A stretch of 61,151 nt of DNA, counting the filler, from Basidiobolus ranarum (Eukaryota), in the NCBI GenBank assembly GCA_040143965.1. It is 2 parts of 2 records of this genome, joined end to end, with 100 filler letters (N's around TTAATTAATTAA, not from the genome) between each part and the next. Parts side by side here need not be neighbours in the genome. Positions count along the whole stretch, not along the records: positions 1 to 30,572 come from JASJQH010000098.1; 1 more part is not named here. The stretch is one strand, 5' to 3'. Made by a program: the position numbers and the translations under genes. Every line of letters begins with the position of its first letter. The stretch's first letter is position 1. The notes under the pieces are model-generated. The model had not been told where the DNA came from and did no database searches. It saw only the letters and a program-made list of their open reading frames with translations. This document shows, one piece after another, positions 14,724 through 27,733 of the stretch.

Positions 14724-16913
14724 ATGAGTGACGGTCACAAGCACAAGCATGGAAAAGAAAAACACCACAAAAAAGACAGAGATCACGACAGAGAACACAA
14801 GTCAAAGAAGCACCATAAAGATAGATCCTCTAAGGAGCATAAGCGACATAAACGTTCCGAGCGGGACCGCAGAGGAAAAGAGGAAGATGTAAGTGAATCA
14901 GAAATGGTTTGGGTTGAAAAAGAACCACTAAATGTAGGAAATCCCATTGGTGTGGACAGCTCTATTCTTGACTCTAATACAAATGTAGAGGCCACACCCG
15001 ATAACACCTCTGCTGCTGCACGACATTCTTGGATGGAAGAAGTTACTGGGTTTGAAGAATTTGTATTTACCGGCGGTGCAGGCAAGAGTCATAGAAGCGA
15101 GATGGATAGAAAGAGAAAGGAACGTGATGAAGAGCGTAGAAAGGCTATTGAACAGGTAACATAACTTATAATCTAGCCAACTGCGGAGAACGATCTTTAC
15201 TTACTTGCATGTTCGAATTTAGCCAGCTGTAAGTGAACGTGAGCTTAATGTTTATTTAAAAGAGGGTAGACATGTAGATGATTATTCTGAAGAAGGTATT
15301 TATTTGTATATATTTAATATTTTGTCCGAGTTTATCTAACTGAACAATCCTGTAGAGCAAACTGCATTTGAAATTGGCGACTCCGGTTCTTCTTGGAGAA
15401 TGTCAAAATTAAAGCGAATTGTAGAAAGGTCGCAGGAAGAAAACATTCCTATGGAGCAACTAGGCTATGATCAATTTGGGGTTTGTTTTCAACTGATTGT
15501 TGTTTTTTACGACATTCCATCTAACAAAGTTGCTTTTAGTCCATTGAAGAGTTTGAACGAGTGCTTGAAGAGCGTGAAGTATTGGATCAAAGAGCAAGTA
15601 AGGGGCGGGCGGCATACATCGACGATTATTTCAACCGTAAATTGTTAGAAGAGAAACGCTCGCAATTCGCTGAAAATCAATATAAAGAAACAAAACAGTA
15701 TGATACATCTGCACAAATAGCGAAAACCAGTGTGGATAGTAAGCCTACGTTGTCACAAAATGAGCTAAATAAGCTCAAATCCCAGGCCATGAAGGCTAGA
15801 CTCATGGGTATGGCCAATGCTGACGAGCTGGAAGATCAATACGAATACGAAAAGGCGAGAGCCGCTAACCCTGAGATAAGCCGTAGCAATGACCCTGTAC
15901 CTTCAAAAGAAAATGTCGTAGTTCTACCTACATTTGATAGTCGCGGACGAATGCTAGACATAGGCTCATCATCTCGACCCTCCCCGGGGAACAAGAGAAA
16001 GAACCCTAATTCGGAAGCAAACATAGACATCGCCTCAATGCTGAGGGAAGAAAAATATGGCAATTCGCGAAACATGGATATGGAGCTTGCCAAACGGATT
16101 TCACGTGATACCGCTTATAAAGATGACTTGGATTATATGGACCAAAATGCGGATAAAATGGCTACATTCAAGAAAATGACCGATTCCCAAAAGCGAGATT
16201 TTGCAGTGCACGATTACAAAAAATCTCAGTCAGTTCTTGAAAAATGCGATTACTGCTATCAAGAATCCAATCCACCCCGAGTACCTGTGGTTTCACTTGG
16301 CGTCAAGACCTACTTAGCACTACCAAATTATGAAGAATTACTACCCGGTCACTGCCTAATTGTACCTACCCAACATTGTCTCAGTACACTTGAGTGTGAA
16401 GATGACGTATGGGACGAGATTCGGAATTTCATGAAATGCCTAATTCAAATGCACGCGAAGAACAACCAGGGAGTGATCTTCATGGAGACAGTTATGAATC
16501 TGAGCTGGCACAAACACACAGTGATCGAATGTATTCCTGTTGCCTGGGAGTTGTTTGAAGACGCACCTGCTTATTTCAGAGAGGCTATTCTATCAAGTGA
16601 GGGAGAGTGGACACAACATAAGAAGCTTATTGACACTTCCAAGAACGGATTCAGACGTTCGCTCACCGAGAACTTGCCTTTCTTTCATGTTTGGTTCACT
16701 CCAGACAAAGGCTACGGACACGTGATTGAGGATGACAAAGATTTCCCCAAATGGTTTGGAAAAGAAGTTATTGCTGGAATGTGCGATGTTCCACCCAATC
16801 TATATCGTCGTCCCAAACGTATACCACAGCAAGAAGCCCCTCATAGAGTACAGAGCTTCCTTAAACAATGGAAGCCCTGGGATTGGACAAAGATGCTGGA
16901 AGAAGAGAACTAA
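14724..16913 (+). CDS. CWF19: CWF19-like protein 2 (spliceosome/lariat-debranching associated; CwfJ C1/C2 domains), 4 exons
   Basis: K/H/R-rich N-terminus, ERELN, IGDSGSSWRMSKLKR, CDYC zinc finger, GHCLIVPTQH, VWDEIRNFMKCL, HTVIECIP, EWTQHKK, PFFHVWF, GYGHVIED and WKPWDWTKML. Confidence 0.92.
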
Positions 16914-18187
16914 CGCCTCTTTCGAGATGACACCATGAAGACTTGGTGTAGCCAACCTGTAACAAATCTTGCAATAAATACTATCTCGAGTCCATTTCCT
17001 CATTACCCCACCCCTTGCATGGATTAGAATTACAAATTGTTGTAGCTGGGCACAGAACCAATGTCTGGTAGAAGTGTATTACTCGGCGTGAGAAGTACAT
17101 ATTAAGCTTTATGTGAGGTCGTATTTCTGCTCACTGATTGGACCCATTGCTCTAAGTACTAACTCTGAATGATATGTTCCTGATGGAAACCAGGGCCGTA
17201 GTGGGACAAAGTCCAGATAAATAGCATGCTTATAATAATCACAAACAAGCTGTTTAATACTTAAGTAGGGGCGAGGAGTACGTGTTAGTAATGAATGCAT
17301 CGACATGAACCTGCTTAGATGGCAAACTAAATATAGCAGGAGTTAATATAACTAGACTGATATGCCCAGATCGAGTGGGGAATTGTTTGAGCACTAGAGG
17401 GGAAATGGGTAGGAAGGTAGGATTGTATACAGTGTTTGGATAGTACATTGGATTATACATATTAATAACGTGCAACATAAATTGGTAGATTCGGATTGTA
17501 AATATAGAAATGCTCCATTGGACCCTGCCATTCGCACTCGTAGATAAATGTCTCGATTCCTAATGGACGAATGCAGCAGGAGCCATGGCGGTGTTGTTAC
17601 AGCGCAATTGATCATTGGATGCAGAGCTCTCTTACAATTGACGAACCAGCATTGGCCCAAAAGCTTATATAGATGATAAGTATGCTAGAACAGACTGTTG
17701 CCTTTTGCGTCAGCTTCAGGTACTGGAATCTAGATAAATATACGTAAGTTTTAGAATTATCTCTCCTCTTTTTGGCCCATTAAGTCACCCGATCAAGATT
17801 TTGGAACTATTTGTACTACATGTGGATTTCAGGTATTCGGAAACTCTGAAGGATGGAGCGTTCAGGCTTGTTTCTGTCATGTATATAAGCTTTTCACTGT
17901 ATCAAATCGATTAATGTATTGGTGTAGATAAAGTTCTACACTGCATATAATCTCCATTAGGATTAATACTACACCTGCTTTGAAATTTCATCTGTCTTTG
18001 TTTTGCTTCTTTCCTTATATTTATTTAACACACATATTATATATTTCCGACAAAGTTTTACCGCCTTTTTAGTGCATAGTTTTCCCTTTGAAGAGTAAGA
18101 GAGTTCTCCGGTGTATACCAGTATCCTCTTTCAAAATACCCCTACTATACATACACATACTTTGTCATTTTTCCGTCTGAACATAAT

Positions 18188-19884
18188 ATGGAAATTCAAA
18201 CTGAATCCGAAGGCTACACTAGTTCAGCTTCCCTCAAAAGTCCTTCTTCTCCAAGTAGACCAAAGCGCTCTTCCACTTTTCCTTTAGAGTCAAGCATGCA
18301 CGCAATTGACTCACCTGTATATACCTCTGGCTATCAAACCTGGCACAACACTGGTTCCGCTCCTAACATTGCTACGAATATTGATAATGAAGTCACGGAA
18401 AAACAGGAGCATGTACTTTCCCATTTGAAACGAGAATGCCTTGTATTTCCTTCATATGCCAAACGTACTATTGGTAAGACTTTAAGTAGTTTGATATAAG
18501 TAGTCGTTTGACACTAACTTGAAACCTTCTTTTATCTCTTAAACAGACGAAAACGGAAATCCTGCTTGGGTGATTCGAATTCGAGGTTGGGCTTTCTCAG
18601 TCAAGGGTAATCGAAAGAAAAAATTAATGTTGGGTCGGTATTCAGAAAATTTATGTTGGTGGTTTTAGTGTCTCATTCTTATATTATTTTCAAAATTTAG
18701 GTTTGGCAAGAACACTAGCAGGTGTATCAAGAAAGCAGGATACCAATATCAATTTGGAGACTAGAGCTCGCTTGTTTATGGCCTCTAACGCTCGCAACTT
18801 AGATCTCAATCTTTCTGTCGTCGGTCTCTCACACGCTTCTCATATGATGCTCAGTGGCGACGCTGAACAAAACGTTCAACCACCTTCGGAATATGCCATC
18901 CAAACACCAACACGTGCCATAAATGGGCATTTTTCAACAACCTTATCAGTACCTTGTAAATTAGTGGAATCTTGGGGAATACTTGACCCGGCTGGAGTGA
19001 GGAAATTATTGAAAATTCGGGCCGACGCTGATGAGTTGTGTAAGTACTTTCATTAATTCGATCATTTAAAATAGAAATTCAGTCTAATCGGGAAAACCCA
19101 TATTCACATCTATCTCTACCTTTTAGGTGATACATCTTTCGGATTTGTAAATTTAGTCGAACCAGAAGGAGTTTCAGTAATATCAGATATCGATGATACT
19201 ATCAAACATTCCAACGTTTTTCTTGGCGCTAAAGCGGTCTTATCTAATACCTTTCTAAAGGAGTTAACTTCGGTTTCTGGAATGGCTAACATATATCATT
19301 ATTGGTGGTTAAAAGGCGTCTCTATACACTATGTTAGTAATTCCCCTTGGGAACTTTTACCTACTCTGGAGTCTTTCTTTCATCAGCACACATTCCCAGT
19401 TGGAAGTGCTCATTTGAAATTAATGGACCGAATAGGGAAACTATGGCAACCCGCGGATGTTGGTAAACGTGAGGCAATCATTGAGATACTCAAAGATTTT
19501 CCAAAACGAAAGTTCATCTTAGTGGGAGATTCAGGTGAATTGGATATGGAGTTATATGCTGGATTAGCACGTCAATATCCCGATCAAATTATCAAGATTT
19601 TTATTAGAGATGTGACTACTCCACGCTTGAGTCAACGAATTGCTGAGAAGATGAAAGCTAGTCGGGCTAAACTTGGTCATAGTCTGAACTTCAATCGTAC
19701 AACCAGTTCCGACTCGATAAAGTCATATTCTTCCACTCTAACCAAGTTTCAAGCTCGCGTAGAGCTGGTCTTTGAAGGGCTGGACCCAGATATGTGGACC
19801 TTATTCCAAGATTCTGATGAATTGTTGATGTGTGAGAAAGTGAGAGCGTCAGTGTTTGGATGTCACAAGGCCTCGAAAGATTAA
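18188..19884 (+). CDS. APP1: App1-family phosphatidate phosphatase / actin patch protein, 4 exons
   Basis: Spliced reading gives IRIRGWAF, GVSVISDIDDTIK (DxDxT motif), HYVSNSPWELLP, FPVGSAHLK, FPKRKFILVGDSGELDMELY and IFIRDV. Confidence 0.85.
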
Positions 19885-20208
19885 CTAAATATATTACGCA
19901 AACACCTCCCATCCCTCTCTCGCGTCATAAAACTGAATTGCTATTTCTTGCACATTCTACATATATCAAGTCGAATTCACGAATATTTCACTTGGTTTGT
20001 ATTTTATCCAAAAGTAAGGAACAGATATGTTTTAATTCTAGTTTAGAAATATTAGTGCGCATTGTTATATTGAAATCCTCCCATATAAAATTAATCTCCA
20101 AGAAATACTCATCAAATATACATTAATACTCACACAATGTCACGCGTTGCATATTCTTATTCGTATTTGTACCAGTAAACCTCGTTTACTACTGCTTATA
20201 TGTTACGC

Positions 20209-22002
20209 TTAAACCTTGGATTTGTTACTGGGCTCGTCCCATATATACAGCTGTTGATCTCTCTTAAATCCATATTTTTCTATGAAGGAGTTCACCTCTA
20301 CAGGCCCGCGGGACCCATAAGCATATTTGATCGGTTCAATCTTTTCCTTGTCGATTTGGTTTAGAATTGGGGTAAGGATTTTCCAAGCGGCATCCAGTTC
20401 ATCGTCTCGAACAAAGTTTGTGTGATCGCCACTAAATGCATCTAACAAAAGCGCTTCGTAAGCTTCTGGGATTTTAGAATCAGGAAATCTACGATTGTAA
20501 GTCAGATCCAGTTCGGATATCAATATATCCATGGAAAGACCAGGCTTTTTGTTCATCATCTTCATGTAAACCGCCTCATCTGGCTGTACACGGATCACCA
20601 ACTCGTTGCGGGATAGATTTGCAAACATCGGGTCCTGAACATCACGGAGTTGAATTCGAACTTCCGTTTTCAATTGATCAAGTGCTTTACCAGATTTCAG
20701 AACAAATGGTACTCCTTTCCAACGGTTATTTTCAATGAACAAGGTTAACGCGGCAAATGTAGGTGTGATAGAGTCATCTGGGACTGTTTTGTCCTCACGA
20801 TATCCATTCTTTACGCCATCCTCTGATCCAATATATTGTCCTAGTAAAATGTCCTCTTTCCTTATTGGCTTTACACTCTTTAGAAGATCGACTTTTGCAT
20901 CGCGAATGTGTTCGGAATCCAAGGACTTTGGTTTTTCCATAGCAAGGATGGAGAGGATTTGAAGTAAATGATTTTGCATGACGTCGCGAATAATCCCGTA
21001 TTCGTCAAAATATCCACCACGGCCCTCAGTACCAAATGGTTCCTTAAAAGTAATCTGAATGTTGTCAATGTAATCTTTACTCCACACTGCGCCCAGAAAG
21101 ATATTTGCAAATCTTAAAGTCATGATATTTTTTACCATTTCTTTGCCCAAATAATGATCAATACGGAAGATTTCTTCTTCTGTGAATAAATTTCCAAGGT
21201 CGTTTACTAATTTACGAGAAGATTCAGTATCCTTACCAAATGGTTTTTCCACAATCAAACGGTTAAATCCTTTCTTTGTATACAAGTGATGTTTGATATT
21301 CGTGGCTACTGTGGTAAATACCGAGGGTGGTAAAGCCATATAGAATAATCGATTTTTTCTATTGTGGTTGGTATGGTTTTCAAGTTCTTCAATAAAATTA
21401 TTCAACCTCTTAAATGGCTCAACTGCATCGTATTTTCCAGTAAAGTAATGTAAATTATTCAAGAATTCTTGAGTTTTCTTATTATCGGTTGGAGAGGAAT
21501 TCAAACTATGCTTGATATTTTCACGAAACTCTTCTGTTTTCAGTTTGGTACGTGCATAACCAACGATTTGGGTTTCTTCAGAGAGATATCCGGTTTGATA
21601 TAATCCATGAAGTGCTGGATAAATTTTTTTCTTGGCTAAATCTCCAGAAGCACCAAAAACTAGTTTGTTAATATAGAGAAGTAAAAAGGTTAACAAGGGT
21701 AAAAACAAGTAACAGCTAAGGAAACATTATCGAACGAGTTGATAAGATTAGTTGAACTAGCTATTAGACAAATCCATTTCAGACTGATTTAAACATACCT
21801 ATAATTACAGTATTTTCCTTGGATATTCCGGAACCCGAAGTCCGGAATATCTCCTTGAAAGCTACCTTGTTACAGAAGGTAAAGAGAAGTACGAGAATAA
21901 AGAAGAAGCGGCTTATTGTTGCGAGAATAGTAAGTACGCGAACTTACAAACAAGTCTTATATATTGGGATGAGCACAGATATATAGCTATCATTAACGTC
22001 AT
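20209..22002 (-). CDS. ZWF1: Glucose-6-phosphate 1-dehydrogenase; start codon uncertain
   Basis: Motifs VFGASGDLAKKK, RLFYMALPP, IVEKPFG, RIDHYLGKE, EGRGGYFD, RDVMQNHL and PEAYE. An intron at about 21661-21798 joins the exon ...KENTVII. The nearest compatible ATG is 22002 (or 21993) through one more intron, so the 5' boundary is tentative. Confidence 0.93.
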
Positions 22003-22228
22003 TCCTAATTTTAAGTAACCTATTATAGTGCAAGAAAATATCCAACTGATGAAGAGTGTCTGTATGCTAGTTTGAATGCTATAGTATTTATGGCACCTTG
22101 TTGATTGAATATACTTAATTTATTTATTAGTGCTCACGATTTGAATAACGGAAACAAGCATTTAACTGCAGGAATAAGAGAATAGGAACCTGAAATAAAT
22201 ACCGGAATGATGATATAATTTAAAGAAA

Positions 22229-25200
22229 TCATTTAGATGTAGAGGATTCGGATTGTCTCGTCGCAGCTGCTTCCTTGGCAAGACCATAGAATTTGGAAGT
22301 TTGATCATCCAACAGAGTTTTGGGTGAGTCGAATTCAACTATCTTTCCTTGATCCAAAACGAGTACTCTATCACTGTCTAACACGGTGTTGATACGATGG
22401 GCAATGGTTAAAACAGAACAATGAACGAACTCTCTGCGGATAGTCTCTTGAATCAACCGATCTGTCTCCACATCAATCGCTGCTGTAGCCTCATCGAGAA
22501 CCAACACACTTGTGCGGCGAAGTAAAGCGCGAGCCAAGCAAATTAATTGTCTTTGACCCACACTGAAATTCTCGCCCCCTTGTAAAACAGTAGCATTTAG
22601 CTTGCCCTCTAGAGAAGACACATGATCCTTGAGATGTGACTGACTGAGAACATTCCAGATCTCCATATCTTCATGGTTCCCAAATGGATCCAAATTCTCC
22701 CGAACTGTACCGGCAAACAAGAAGGGATCTTGAGGGATGATTGTCAAACGGGATCTCAAGTCGTAGAGTCCAATCTTGGTAATGTCTACGCCATCTATCA
22801 CGATGCTACCACTAGCTGGTTCAACAAGTCGGAATAATGAAAGGGTAAGACTACTCTTTCCAGCTCCTGTACGACCAACAATGCCGATCTTTTCGTGTGG
22901 ATTGACAGTGAAGGATATACCCTTGAGTACCAAATCGAGACCAGCACGATAGCGCAATGCCAGATCTTTGAATTCAATCTGTCCTTGCTCGGGCCAAGTA
23001 GGGGATGGGCGTGTGGCTTCGTTAATCTCAGGTGCTTCGGAAGGTAACTCGGAATACTCTTTGATACGCTCCATGGATACAATGTTAGTTTCAATCTCAC
23101 AATATTGTCGAATACACCAATTGAGTGACTGGGTAACGTTCAGGGCGTAGGTAATGGACAAACCGACCATACCAGCATCAATATGTCCGTCAGTCAAAAC
23201 GGATATAACGGCCAGAATGGATGCAGCAAAGATGATAATCGAACCTAGAAATTCAAGACGAACGGCAAGCCAGCGATTCAATGACAAACTAGGATAATAG
23301 GCCATTTGATTTTTGTCCAAACGAAACTCGTTTTCCCGAATAAAGCGCTTTTCCTGACCGTAAGCGCGGATTGTACTAACTCCTCCAATAGTCTCTTGGA
23401 AATGGGCATAAGTAGGTGAGCGAGATGTAGAATCCAGACGCTTGAGCTCACGTGAGGTGTTAAGGTAGAATCTTTGAATGATTACATAAAGAGCCATGAT
23501 AGGAATAACAATAATCAAGAAACTAGGGGTCGAAAAGGAAATAACACACATAACGGCAATAACATTCAAGAATGTACGGAAATACCCTTGGAACGAACGT
23601 GGTAGCACCTCGTCAATAGTATACTGATCTTTGCTAAATCTGTTAAGAATACGTCCCAGAGGCGTAGTATCAAAGAAGCTCATGGGTGAACGCATAACAC
23701 TCAACAGCATGTTGGTATGAGTGACTCGTGCTGAACGAACAGCACAGAACACCCACAGTACAATAGATTGGAGGAAGGTGAAAGTAGAAGAGGCTACGCC
23801 TAATCCAGAGTAGACGATCAAGAAGCCCCAAACACCGACGGATGCTTCAGAATTGACATCTTGAGAAGTCCACCACTTCAACCAAAGATTAGAACTAACT
23901 TGGAACAGGTTCACACCTACGAGCAAGCAAAGATATACACCGACAACTACGGGAGAACAGGATTTCGCATATTCTTTATAGACATCCCAGCTTACGCTTC
24001 CCTTGGCTGATTCTTCAACAGTCATAATACCATTTTTACCTTGTGTTATTTCGTCGTCATCGTTTTCAGAGATCACTGAGGCTCGACGTAACGTGTAAGC
24101 AGAGTCTTTTGTACTCATACGTCTGATATGAGACTTGCCTCCATCCATGTATGCCTCTAAGCTTTTGGCTGAATTTAAGGATCCAACAATTAGCTCCGGA
24201 TCTTGCTCAGGAGTATCTTCCATAGACTGATCTCTAGCAAAATCAGAGATAAGATTATAGAGCTCACTCCTCTTATCCATCAGCTCACGGAACCCTCCCT
24301 TTTCAATGATTTGTCCATCGCGAAGCATGATAACTTGGTTGGCATCCTTGATATATGAGATAGCATGGGTAACGAATATACGTGCCTTGGTTCTCAATAA
24401 ACCCTTAGGCCCAACAACATGATCAAAAATATGACGACCCACATGTGCGTCGACAGCCGATAAAGGATCATCGAGCAAGTACACATCGGCACGAGAGTAT
24501 ACAGCACGAGCTAACGAGATACGTGCCTTCTGACCACCGGATAAGTTAATACCTTTCTCTCCGATTTCAGTCAAATCACCACCTGGTAACATCTCAAGAT
24601 CACTGACCAGGGCACATGCTTTAATGGTGTCTTGGTAAAATTTCTCATCATAACGGTGTCCAAATAAGATATTCTCCTTTACAGTTGCATTCATGATCCA
24701 TGGCTGTTGAGGTGCGTATGCTACTTTGCCTCTGACCAAAATGTTACTAGCTGGTGATTTGTCCATTTCACCAAGCAGGGCAGATACTAAGGATGATTTT
24801 CCAGAGCCAACTCTTCCAACAATAGCGAGTAGCTCTCCCTTCTTGCAAGATAAGTCTACATTACTCAATGTAGCTGCAGGCGAGTCTTTCTCCCAACGGA
24901 ATGTACCATGTCTAATTTGGATCATTGGCTTTCTACGGGCTTGTTCATCATCTAAATTGGCAGAATCTTCATCAACTGTGCCTAATCTTGTGTCTCTAGA
25001 ATAAGATAAACGCTGTACGGCTTCATTATCCAACTCCTCCGAAGATAAGAATTTGTATAAGCGACCAAATGCTACGGATGCCTCAACCAGTGCAGAAATA
25101 ACGTGGGGGAGCATAGTGAGAGGGAATTGAAGAAGATTGAAGAGGGACAAAGAAACAAACACCAACTCGGGGGTAAGAGGATCATTGTCACCGACAAGAG

Positions 25201-27134
25201 TGTAGAGTCCAAAGGTCGACAATGTCACCAAAAATGGAACACAAATGGTGAAAAAGTTTTGCATAGCTGAGGTATAGCCATATTTTTTGAGCGTTTCAAT
25301 TTCCAAGTCGTTACGAACATGGAATATTCTGTTAAGGAAGCTCTTCTCCCAAGCATACAACTTGATAACTTTGATACCGTTCAAAAGTTCGTCAGTCAAC
25401 TTAATACGAGAATCTTTGTTTTTCATTTGAGCTTTTTGAAGAGCTTGCATCTTACGGGCAAGTAATCCATTGAGGGGAATTGACAGTATCATGACACCAA
25501 CACCAGCAAAGACACTTGGACCCAAGGTTTGATACAAGAAATATAAAGAAAGGGCGATTTGGAATGGGCCACTCCATGCGATGTTTGCATACATGCACAA
25601 GTCTTGAACGCGTTGTGCATCAACAGTCATATGATTGACGATTTCACCGACAGTATATTTTTGTCTTGCACCATTTGATAAAACCAAAGCTTTACGATAA
25701 ATAGCAGTGACTAAGGCACAGCGAAGTTTCATGCCAGTCACTGTGGAACGTTGGAAGTACTGATGTAAGAAGATGGTTTGTGTGATGGCCGTTAGGAACA
25801 TAGCACCTATAAATATCATGAATTAGATTTTGATAATGCTTAATTTAACCAACAACAAATAGCTACCTGCAATGGTGTAACCACGATAGGGTGGCTCAGG
25901 ATCATTCGTAGCTTGACTGCCTACGAATCCCATCAGCTTTCTCAATAGTTGAGGCTGAACAAAAGCAAGAACATCTTGAACGACCTTGAAGAGAGCTCCG
26001 CATAAGAAGGGGAACCCAAAGGATTTAGCCAGTGTCCATACTAGAGATGGACTTTTCTTTCCTTCAGTTAATTCCCGTTGCCACAAGTTCTGAAATTGAT
26101 CGGAAATTTGTCGAGCCTTATAATCCTCTTCCAATGTCCATAAATCCTCCTCCACTAATGGCTTTTTGCTTCCAGTTTTTAACAGAGGATTCATCCAGCT
26201 AAATGTAATAAGAGAAAAGACATTGGCGTATTGCTCGGGACATACATTTGAGTCCTCTCCAGGTACCAAATATTCCATTTTACGTTTGGGAATCAACTCT
26301 AAGATAAAGATTACGAGTTCCAAAGAAGCCATCGTTGTGATCAGAATGAACTCTGTTGAGTGTTTCTGATGATAATTCGTTATTATTAAGGTACGTAAGT
26401 GAATTGCATTGGTAAATAATCTAAATATCCAATACAATAGCAAGACGGAAGAAGCCTTACGGCTACGGGTGTGTTCCAGTCGGTGGATTGTGAAAATTAG
26501 AAACTAGAATTTGGTAGCATAAAACTCGTATGAATAAGGTGAAAGTAAAGTGAGCAAGTTAGAGGTGACCATACCATACTAAGGATAGTGATCAAATTTG
26601 AGACAAAGCTGATTTCATTCCACCAATTGGACCAACTCTCTTGTAATCTAAGCGCAATCTTCACATCTAACGCCAAATTTAAACCAAAAATCAAAGCGAG
26701 TGTGATCTGAAATGGCAAAAGAAGTTAGCCCCTAGCGATGAGCGATATACATGATACGAATACTCACCAATTTAGCCCAATAGTGAACTCCAATAGTGAA
26801 ATCTTGTGGTAGTTCGATTTTTTGGCGTAACCGATGTAAACGAGGTAGGCCAAAAATAATTAAAAATAGCGTTGGGAGCAACATTAAGACTCTAATAATT
26901 ATGAGAATATGAATCAGAAAGTGTAAGAAATGTCAAGAATGATTGAGCAAAAATATACCCATTTTCAAAACACAACGTAAAATCAAGGGTACGGAGAGAC
27001 CAAGGACCCTTTCGAGAGATATGTTAGACATAACTGCAAGTTCTAATTCTCAACACGTTAAAAACAACACTTACCCAACCCTCCGGATCTGAACACGTTA
27101 ACCATCCCCTCGATAAGAAAGTTTCGAAATCCAT
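22229..27134 (-). CDS. YCF1: ABCC/MRP transporter with TMD0 (Ycf1/MRP1-like glutathione-conjugate/metal transporter)
   Basis: ATG at 27134 (MDFETF...CSDPEGW, DFTLCFE). NBD1 has GRVGSGKSS, LSGGQKAR and LLDDP. Linker RRAS. NBD2 has GRTGAGKSS, FSVGQRQL and VLDEATA. CPEQYANVFSLITFSWMNPL is also present. Orthology to YCF1 is by resemblance. Confidence 0.9.
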
Positions 27135-27733
27135 GAAGCTTAACTTAGGGGTAAAACAATATATACCTCAGTGTGAAAAGCACGTAGAACTTAAGGAGTT
27201 ACAAGAGAATAACTTGTAGTTTTTTAAAAAAAACAAAAATATTCCGTCACAGCCACGTTTTCATAGAGTCACTCAATTAATACTGATAAGATGTCTTACT
27301 AAGCTACAAGAACGATAGTGAGAAAATACCCCAATTTTGAGATAAATATGGCAATAGCTAGTCCACTGCGGAATAATCCCAATGGATTTTTGTATCCATG
27401 TCAGGAATCTGATAATTAGGATTGGATTGGAGATTAAACGAGGACTGACTTGAGTATGTTTCAATACAGCATTGTTTTGGGTCTGATTTGATATGATCCT
27501 GAAGTGTAAATTCAAATTAGACAACTAGCTGATCGAGATGGTCCCAAGATGACGATAATGGTATATGCATCACATTTTCATGCTATTATTAGTAATGGAG
27601 CAAATTAGGTGTAACGATGATATCATTGATATCTATGATAGGTTTATTATGCATATGATTGAACCTTGACTACAATGAAGGGAATGCAGCATTTTATTAT
27701 TCATACATAGATTAAGGGTATACCAAGGGCTGC

